Shown: positions 1 to 5,514 of the stretch, piece after piece
Position numbering within the stretch: the first letter of the stretch is position 1
Layout: each line of letters begins with the position of its first letter
DNA from: a virus
Direction: 5' to 3' (one strand)
Length of the DNA: 11,193 nt
UHGV virus genome: UHGV-1649846
The notes under the pieces: generated by a model
What the model saw: the letters and a program-made list of their open reading frames with translations, nothing else
What the model was told of the DNA's origin: nothing
Databases searched by the model: none
Made by a program: the position numbers and the translations under genes

Positions 1-144
1 GCACCGAGGCGTCGCATTCTTCAGATGGTTCAACCCTTAAGTTAGCGCTTATGGGAGAAATCCCCGCAACCTCTGATGTATTATGCATCCTCAACGCAGC
101 CACAGTTAACCTGATTGGCGGGTTTACTTCATCTGTAAATATTT

Positions 145-231
145 TTATAAAAATAATGCCCACGCACAGCATAAAACAAAAAGTATTACAGATAAAAAAG
201 GAACGTAATGTGCAGATTTGTTGTTTTCCAT
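145..231 (-). CDS. Candidate small hydrophobic peptide, 28 aa (MENNKSAHYVPFLSVILFVLCCAWALFL); below the size cutoff of the ORF track
   Basis: Minus-strand ATG at 231-229, stop TAA at 147-145. Shine-Dalgarno-like AAGGTGAG (complement of 237-244) lies 5 nt upstream of the ATG. Polar N-terminus followed by one ~19-residue hydrophobic segment. AT-rich context, so a chance ORF is not excluded. Confidence 0.25.
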   Translation of the reverse strand: MENNKSAHYVPFLSVILFVLCCAWALFL

Positions 232-253
232 ATTTACTCACCTTAATATGATT

Positions 254-268
254 AACCCTGATAGGGTT
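254..268. repeat. Perfect inverted repeat AACCCT-gat-AGGGTT
   Basis: 6-bp arms with a 3-nt spacer, read directly. It lies in what would be the 5' leader of the minus-strand small ORF, or could be an operator-like site. Confidence 0.5.
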
Positions 269-505
269 GTTATTTCAGCGGTTTTTAAATGAGATATTAT
301 GGTGATCTGACAAATTTGCATAACATTAAAATTTAATTTGTCTAACCGCTTTTAATAATAAGCGTTGTATTTTATCCCAGCAATCTATTGTTTGATTTTT
401 ATTCCATCAATGTGGGGGCTTTACACTGGAACCAGTTTATTTATACTTTATACGTCAGCCTGAACAACTGGCATCTGCTGCACTGCGCCATCGAGAGATT
501 GAGAA

Positions 506-1105
506 ATGGCGCATATACAACTGGTCAAACAAACTTCTTCTGGTTTACTTCTCCCGGCGACGCCGGAGAGTTGCGATTTTCTGCATCAAATCAAAATAGG
601 TGAGTGGATACACGGAGACTTTAAGCGTGTGCGTAACTACGCATTCCACAAGCGTTTTTTCAAACTCCTGCAACTGGGATTCGATTACTGGACTCCGGTC
701 GGTGGGGCGATCACGCCTCGCGAACGAGAACTGCTGTCTGGTTTCGTTGATTACCTGTGCGAATCAGTTGGTCGGGAACACACGCCAGCCCTGAGTGATG
801 CCGCAGAGCAATACCTTAACACCGTTGCGACTCGTAGAACCCGGGATACGGCGTTGCTAAAGTCGTTTGAGGCTTTCCGCGAGTGGGTAACCATTCAGGC
901 CGGATTTTACACCGAGCATATTTATCCGGACGGTAGCCGTGGGCGTCGGGCAAAATCCATCGCTTTTGCGAATATGGACGAAGTCGAGTTTCAGCAGGTT
1001 TATAAATCTGTACTGAATGTGCTGTGGAACTGGATTCTGTTCCGTAAATTCTCCTCTCAGGAGGAAGTTGAAAATGTGGCCGCACAACTACTGGAGTTTG
1101 CGTAA
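506..1105 (+). CDS. Lambdoid nin-region protein, DUF1367-like (~200-aa prophage family; assignment from memory)
   Basis: 199-aa ORF in the track; GAGA purine-rich stretch upstream of the ATG. Its stop overlaps the next start (TAATG at 1103-1107), indicating translational coupling. Position immediately upstream of the Q-like gene, as in lambdoid nin regions. Confidence 0.5.
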   Translation: MAHIQLVKQTSSGLLLPATPESCDFLHQIKIGEWIHGDFKRVRNYAFHKRFFKLLQLGFDYWTPVGGAITPRERELLSGFVDYLCESVGREHTPALSDAAEQYLNTVATRRTRDTALLKSFEAFREWVTIQAGFYTEHIYPDGSRGRRAKSIAFANMDEVEFQQVYKSVLNVLWNWILFRKFSSQEEVENVAAQLLEFA

Positions 1106-1395
1106 TGGTGAATTTACGTAAAGCGGCTAAAGGCCAGATGTGCCAGATCAGAATCCCTGGCTACTACAATCACAATCCCGAAACCTCTGTGCTGGCGCAT
1201 TACAGGCTGGCGGGGACGTGCGGAACAGCGACAAAACCACATGATATGCAGGCGGCGATAGCCTGTAGCTCATGCCACGATCTAATCGACGGGCGGGTAA
1301 AAACCAGCGATTACACCAAAGAAGAATTGCGCCTGATGCATGCTGAAGGGGTTTTTCGCACACAAGAAATCTGGAGAAAGAAAGGTCATTTATGA
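1105..1395 (+). CDS. Small Cys/His-rich nin-region protein, YbcO/DUF1364-like putative nuclease (assignment from memory)
   Basis: 96-aa ORF; start overlaps the upstream stop and its own stop overlaps the next start (ATGA at 1392-1395). Cys/His cluster (C..C..H, C..CH) suggests a metal-binding site. Confidence 0.5.
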   Translation: MVNLRKAAKGQMCQIRIPGYYNHNPETSVLAHYRLAGTCGTATKPHDMQAAIACSSCHDLIDGRVKTSDYTKEELRLMHAEGVFRTQEIWRKKGHL

Positions 1396-1934
1396 TTTAC
1401 CCAACGAATACAGGAAAAAGCGGAGAACACCTTCGCCTCACCACGCTGGAAAGTGTCTGGATTCAGGGAAAACTACGTATGTGGGGGCGCTGGTCGTATA
1501 TTGGCGGTGGCAGGTCAGGGAATATGTTCAATCAGTTGTTGGCATCCAAAAAACTGACGAAAACAGCCATTAATGAAGCCCTGCGCAGAATGAAAAAAGC
1601 GGGAATAGAGAAAGCTGAGCTGGAAGCGTTTTTGCGAGAGATGATCAACGGCAAGCAAAAGAGCTGGCTGGCGCATTGTACTGATGCAGAGGCGTTATGT
1701 ATTGATCGAGTCATAAGTGAGGTGCTGGCAGAGCATCCAGGATTGATTTGCATTCTCCGGCAACGCTATGAAGGGCGGGGGATGACTAAGCGCAAAATGG
1801 CTGAATTGCTAAATGATGCACACCCAGAGTGGTGTTTTAGCACATGCGAAAAACGGATTGCTAATTGGTTAGCTGTTGCTGAGTATGCCCTACATATTCC
1901 CATGCGTGAATCATTTGCTGAGAAAATGGCTTGA
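1392..1934 (+). CDS. Late-gene antiterminator Q-like protein
   Basis: 180-aa ORF, last gene of a coupled three-gene unit, followed at once by a strong intrinsic terminator and then a cargo/lysis region, which is the canonical position of Q. Trp-rich N-terminal motif (LRMWGRWSY) resembles the small Q family of E. coli prophages; C-terminal helix-turn-helix-like segment. Confidence 0.5.
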   Translation: MIYPTNTGKSGEHLRLTTLESVWIQGKLRMWGRWSYIGGGRSGNMFNQLLASKKLTKTAINEALRRMKKAGIEKAELEAFLREMINGKQKSWLAHCTDAEALCIDRVISEVLAEHPGLICILRQRYEGRGMTKRKMAELLNDAHPEWCFSTCEKRIANWLAVAEYALHIPMRESFAEKMA

Positions 1935-2013
1935 TTTCTTACGTATAAACTGCTTCAATTTTGCTATGCTTCGCAAAGCTGTATCGCGAGGCGGATTGCA
2001 GACATGGACATCG
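1935..2013 (+). promoter_or_regulatory. Expected location of a PR'-like late promoter and Q-utilisation site (not resolved at base level)
   Basis: Positional inference only: ~80 bp between the Q stop and the tR'-like terminator. Candidate -35/-10 hexamers (TTGCTA 1952-1957, TATCGC near 1981) are weak. Confidence 0.3.
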
Positions 2014-2042
2014 TAAAAAAACCGCTTAATGCGGTTTTTTTA
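2014..2042 (+). terminator. Intrinsic terminator, tR'-like (A-tract / hairpin / T-tract, potentially bidirectional)
   Basis: AAAAAAA (2014-2020), stem ACCGC (2021-2025), loop TTAAT, stem GCGGT (2031-2035), TTTTTTT (2036-2042). Confidence 0.7.
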
Positions 2043-2078
2043 CGTCAGGAAAGCAGGGGAGAATGCTGCTAGTTGGGC

Positions 2079-2117
2079 AACTGGTCTTTCTGCTCCAAAT
2101 TATAACAGAGACCAGTT
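2079..2117. repeat. Inverted repeat AACTGGTCT ... AGACCAGTT (9-bp arms, 21-nt spacer)
   Basis: Arms at 2079-2087 and 2109-2117 are exact reverse complements, read directly. Confidence 0.5.
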
Positions 2118-2361
2118 ATAGTTTCGGTGCTGTGTTTTTTTACAATATTGTGATAACACATTGCTGGCGGGAGTTTTGATATTTCTTGGCAGGGGCTGAT
2201 GATGCGTTATCCTGATGTCGTCAACTCATATAAAATGAGATGAGAGATCATTGCAGGGTGGTTTGTAATTCGCTGTTTAGCGGGACAATATGTTGTCTGA
2301 TACAAGACACCCGACGCCTCAGATTACTATAATAAAGACGAAGCATCCTTTGTATTGACCA

Positions 2362-2387
2362 ACCGCCTGTTTAGGCGGTTCTTTTTG
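2362..2387 (+). terminator. Intrinsic terminator
   Basis: Stem ACCGCCT (2362-2368), loop GTTT, stem AGGCGGT (2373-2379), followed by a T-rich run (TCTTTTT). Confidence 0.6.
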
Positions 2388-2918
2388 GGCTGGTTTATTG
2401 TATGCCAAATGATTATTAAAAAGGTTGTGTTAATAACAAAATCCGAAATAATATGCCTGCATATTTTTATCTTGCTTATATTCTGCATATTGTGCATAGC
2501 AGGCTCATCCCTGCAATCAAAACTGTATGATGAGTATTTTTTGTTTTCCTTTTTTCCAGTCATCTGATGATGACCTGCTTCTTTTTAATCCGGATCGACA
2601 TCAGTTTTTTAAGATAATTCCTGCGAGTTATATGCATAAATGCCACAAACTCCGCATTTTATGTGGTTGGGAGTTGCCGGGCGCGCAGTGAGTTTGCTAA
2701 GAAAACTCCTGCATGGTGAATCCCCCTGTGCGGTGGGGTGATACCATTAACCTTTTCTGTCGCCGACAGGTATCACGAACATTTTGTTCACCGGGAGGCA
2801 CCCGGCACCATGTACTTCAATAGATTCTCTCCACATTATGGATATTCTTTCAGAATATCCCACGCAGACTTTGTGTAAATGTTAACAAATGTGCGTTTTA
2901 TTTGATCTGATTCGCTGT

Positions 2919-2948
2919 TTGAGCGTCCAAAACAACGGTATATATAAT
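2919..2948 (+). promoter_or_regulatory. Sigma70-like promoter for the lipoprotein cassette
   Basis: -35 TTGAGC (2919-2924), 17-18 bp spacer, -10 ATATAA/TATAAT (2942-2948); about 30 bp upstream of the RBS GAGGAAAA and the ATG at 2978. Confidence 0.45.
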
Positions 2949-2977
2949 CCTTTACTATATGACATATGTGAGGAAAA

Positions 2978-3406
2978 ATGGGTTTTCGTAGCGCATCAAT
3001 TCTTACGTTGATTATTAGTGGGATTATTATCGGGTGCACTGATGCTGTATCGACAAATTATCATGACCGTACATCATATTACTCCGATAAAGCAATAGAG
3101 ACACAGTATGTGAGTTCATCTGAACGTACTTCTGATGTTAGTGAGGATATCCGTCTGTATGCCCATCAAATCAAGAGCGCCATCGAAAAACAGTTCGGGG
3201 ATGCGAGTAAGTATTCAGGAAAAGAGTGTACACTGAGAATGCATATGGCCCCGAATGGCCTTCTACTGGAGGTTAAAAGAGAAAGTGGAGACCTCGATTT
3301 ATGTCGTGAAGCGATGAATGCGATAAAGAATGCTGATATACCTGCCCCCCCTTCGCCGGAAGTATATAAAGTATTTCAAAATGGGGTGCTGGATTTTAAA
3401 CCCTGA
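2978..3406 (+). CDS. Lipoprotein with a TolA C-terminal domain (domain III)-like fold
   Basis: 142 aa. Signal peptide with lipobox IIGC (Cys20), then a ~50-residue Ser/Thr/Asp-rich linker, then ~85 residues that align closely with my recollection of the E. coli TolA C-terminus, including both conserved Cys and the terminal VLDFKP. RBS GAGGAAAA precedes the ATG. Confidence 0.8.
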   Translation: MGFRSASILTLIISGIIIGCTDAVSTNYHDRTSYYSDKAIETQYVSSSERTSDVSEDIRLYAHQIKSAIEKQFGDASKYSGKECTLRMHMAPNGLLLEVKRESGDLDLCREAMNAIKNADIPAPPSPEVYKVFQNGVLDFKP

Positions 3407-3469
3407 TATTTATTGTTTTGTAATAAACGGTTTCGGCTTAGGTTTGTTCTGACACAGCTACGGCACTGA

Positions 3470-3481
3470 GCTAAATTTAGC
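3470..3481. repeat. Perfect 12-bp palindrome GCTAAATTTAGC between the two lipoprotein genes
   Basis: Read directly. A second short palindrome GCTCTGAGC lies at 3491-3499. Confidence 0.5.
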
Positions 3482-3556
3482 GGATAGTCAGCTCTGAGCC
3501 AGTGGCGGACGTAACAACTACTATTGCTGAGATTTTAATGGATTGAGGAGCAAGAA

Positions 3557-3952
3557 GTGGGATTAAAGAAAATCGTTATGTTGACTTTTTGGGTCGGTTT
3601 TGTTGCGGGATGCACACCTTTACACCCTTCAGATTGCCACAAAACTACTGCTACAGGTAGTTGCAGTTCAGGACGCTGGGATGATCAGGATGAATGGGGG
3701 GCGCAAGCGCGGGGAATCAGAGCTGCAATTAATGCCAAACTTGATGAGCCGCATAACTGGAAAGGGAAAAAATGCAGGTTGCATATGGAATTCTCTCAGG
3801 ATGGCACGGCGTTAAAAATATCTACCAGTAACGGTGATAAAGCCTATTGCGAAGCGATAAAGTCCGCAGCTCATAAAGCCAAATTTCCGGCCTTCAACAA
3901 TCCGGAAGTCTACAGAGATTTTCAGAAATCTGGCTTTGACATGCGAGGTTAG
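3557..3952 (+). CDS. Second, more divergent TolA-domain-III-like lipoprotein (tandem paralogue)
   Basis: 131 aa from a GTG start 6 nt after a strong SD (GAGGAG 3545-3550). Lipobox VAGC (Cys19). C-terminal ~80 residues keep the TolA-III pattern GK.C.L...DG...G...C.A...A...P....VY..F with both Cys conserved. Confidence 0.7.
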   Translation: MGLKKIVMLTFWVGFVAGCTPLHPSDCHKTTATGSCSSGRWDDQDEWGAQARGIRAAINAKLDEPHNWKGKKCRLHMEFSQDGTALKISTSNGDKAYCEAIKSAAHKAKFPAFNNPEVYRDFQKSGFDMRG

Positions 3953-4077
3953 CTCTTCAATTACTATATCTCATTCATAGCAAACTGACAGATTTGATGA
4001 TGTTCTATATACGAAACCTGTGATGTCAAGTCTGAGCTAATACAAATAAACATAATATCAGAGAAATACATTTTATT

Positions 4078-4101
4078 AGCTCGCTACGGCGAGCTTTTTA
4101 T
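4078..4101 (+). terminator. Intrinsic terminator closing the lipoprotein cassette
   Basis: Stem AGCTCGC (4078-4084), loop TACG, stem GCGAGCT (4089-4095), then TTTTTA. Confidence 0.6.
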
Positions 4102-4203
4102 ATTGCATCGTCTCCAGCATATATATCAATTAAGGCTCTGATTGATGTGTCTGAAAGCCTACACATAATAACTATGCCATCCGTTCCGTGCGGAGGTGAG
4201 GCT

Positions 4204-4419
4204 ATGAAATCCATGGACAAAATTTCAACAGGCATTGCCTACGGCACCTCCGCAGGCAGTGCTGGCTACTGGTTTTTACAGTTGCTCGATAGAGTAACTC
4301 CGTCACAGTGGGCTGCAATCGGTGTGCTGGGTAGTCTGGTATTTGGCCTGCTGACGTACCTGACAAACCTTTATTTCAAGATTAAAGAAGATAAGCGCAA
4401 GGCTGCGAGAGGTGAATAA
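4204..4419 (+). CDS. Class II holin, phage 21 S-type pinholin with dual-start motif
   Basis: Begins [26 protein letters not shown]..., nearly the S21 sequence as I recall it. Met1 and Met4 give the antiholin/holin dual start. SD GGAGGTGAGG at 4191-4200. The track's longer ORF from 4147 lacks an RBS. Stop overlaps the endolysin start (TAATG). Confidence 0.85.
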   Translation: MKSMDKISTGIAYGTSAGSAGYWFLQLLDRVTPSQWAAIGVLGSLVFGLLTYLTNLYFKIKEDKRKAARGE

Positions 4420-4916
4420 TGCCTCCATCATTACGAAAAGTCGTTGCTGCTGCTATTGGTGGCGGAGCAATTGCTATAGCATCAGTGCTAATCACTGGCC
4501 CAAGTGGTAACGATGGTCTGGAAGGTGTCAGCTACATACCATACAAAGATATTGTTGGTGTATGGACTGTATGTCACGGGCATACAGGAAAAGACATCAT
4601 GCTCGGTAAAACGTATACCAAAGCAGAATGCAAAGCCCTCCTGAATAAAGACCTTGCCACGGTCGCCAGACAAATTAACCCGTACATCAAAGTCGATATA
4701 CCGGAAACAATGCGCGGCGCTCTTTACTCATTCGTTTACAACGTGGGTGCTGGCAATTTCAGAACATCGACGCTTCTTCGCAAAATAAACCAGGGCGATA
4801 TCAAAGGCGCATGTGATCAGCTACGTCGCTGGACATATGCTGGCGGTAAGCAATGGAAAGGTCTCATGACTCGTCGTGAGATTGAGCGTGAAATCTGTTT
4901 GTGGGGTCAGCAATGA
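4419..4916 (+). CDS. SAR endolysin (phage 21 R-type lysozyme)
   Basis: 165 aa. Gly/Ala-rich weakly hydrophobic N-terminal signal-arrest-release segment ([20 protein letters not shown]), then a lysozyme-like domain. Sits immediately after the holin and overlaps the Rz start (ATGA). Confidence 0.85.
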   Translation: MPPSLRKVVAAAIGGGAIAIASVLITGPSGNDGLEGVSYIPYKDIVGVWTVCHGHTGKDIMLGKTYTKAECKALLNKDLATVARQINPYIKVDIPETMRGALYSFVYNVGAGNFRTSTLLRKINQGDIKGACDQLRRWTYAGGKQWKGLMTRREIEREICLWGQQ

Positions 4917-5377
4917 ACAGAGTAACCGCGATTATCTCCGCTCTGGTTATCTGCATCATCGTCTGCCTGTCATGGGCTGTTAATCATTACCGTGATAACG
5001 CCATTACCTACAAAGCCCAGCGCGACAAAAATGCCAGAGAACTGAAGCTGGCGAACGCGGCAATTACTGACATGCAGATGCGTCAGCGTGATGTTGCTGC
5101 GCTCGATGCAAAATACACGAAGGAGTTAGCTGATGCGAAAGCTGAAAATGATGCTCTGCGTGATGATGTTGCCGCTGGTCGTCGGCGGTTGCACATCAAA
5201 GCAGTCTGTCAGTCAGTGCGTGGAGCCACCACCGCCTCCGGCGTGGATAATGCAGCCTCCCCCCGACTGGCAGACACCGCTGAACGGGATTATTTCACCC
5301 TCCGGGAACGACTGGTAATGATGCAGGCCCAACTTGAAGGTGCTCAGCAATACATAACCGAGCAGTGTTTAAAGTAA
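4913..5377 (+). CDS. Rz-like i-spanin
   Basis: ATG at 4913 overlaps the endolysin stop. N-terminal transmembrane segment ([14 protein letters not shown]), then a coiled-coil-like charged region. Contains the Rz1 gene in the +1 frame. The track's GTG start at 4901 is rejected. Confidence 0.8.
   Translation: MNRVTAIISALVICIIVCLSWAVNHYRDNAITYKAQRDKNARELKLANAAITDMQMRQRDVAALDAKYTKELADAKAENDALRDDVAAGRRRLHIKAVCQSVRGATTASGVDNAASPRLADTAERDYFTLRERLVMMQAQLEGAQQYITEQCLK
5133..5318 (+). CDS. Rz1-like o-spanin, embedded in Rz in the +1 frame
   Basis: 61 aa. Signal peptide plus lipobox (LVVGGC), proline-rich mature part (PPPPPAW..PPPDW). SD AGGAG at 5121-5125, 7 nt before the ATG. Confidence 0.8.
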   Translation: MRKLKMMLCVMMLPLVVGGCTSKQSVSQCVEPPPPPAWIMQPPPDWQTPLNGIISPSGNDW

Positions 5378-5514
5378 AATCTTAACTACAATATGATTCA
5401 TTTTGATGATTGTTTCATAAGGAACAGTGAAGTAAGATCTAAGAGGAGTTAAATTTTATACAGTATAATCATAATATTGCAGCAAGGTGGTTATAATTGA
5501 AAGAATATTTAGAT

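Noticed and set aside
51-251. 66-aa + strand ORF in the left AT-rich leader
   Set aside because: No RBS, low-complexity composition typical of AT-rich non-coding DNA, and it overlaps the better-supported minus-strand small ORF.
600-1363. Alternative-frame and antisense ORFs inside the nin-region genes (600-794 +, 816-1085 -, 857-1087 -, 1148-1363 -)
   Set aside because: All are embedded in longer, coupled + strand genes with better coding character.
2327-2567. Overlapping pair of ORFs (70 aa on +, 78 aa on -) in the AT-rich spacer
   Set aside because: The + ORF begins inside the terminator hairpin at 2362-2379. Their hydrophobicity follows from T-rich codons, and neither has translation signals. 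Treated as non-coding.
2836-3039. 67-aa minus-strand ORF overlapping the lipoprotein promoter and start
   Set aside because: It is antisense to a well-supported promoter, RBS and signal-peptide region and has no signals of its own.
4147-4203. Longer holin ORF starting at 4147 ([13 protein letters not shown]...)
   Set aside because: There is no RBS at 4147. The SD GGAGGTGAGG sits just before the ATG at 4204, and the product from 4204 matches the S21 dual-start N-terminus MKSM.
2046-4203. Search for tRNA genes or toxin genes (stx-like) at the Q-to-lysis junction
   Set aside because: No tRNA-like T-arm motif or cloverleaf-compatible segment was found by eye, and the cargo ORFs are lipoproteins, not AB5 toxin subunits. 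A formal tRNA scan would be needed to exclude tRNAs completely.
4901-4912. GTG start for Rz at 4901
   Set aside because: The ATG at 4913 overlaps the endolysin stop (ATGA coupling) and gives the typical Rz N-terminus.
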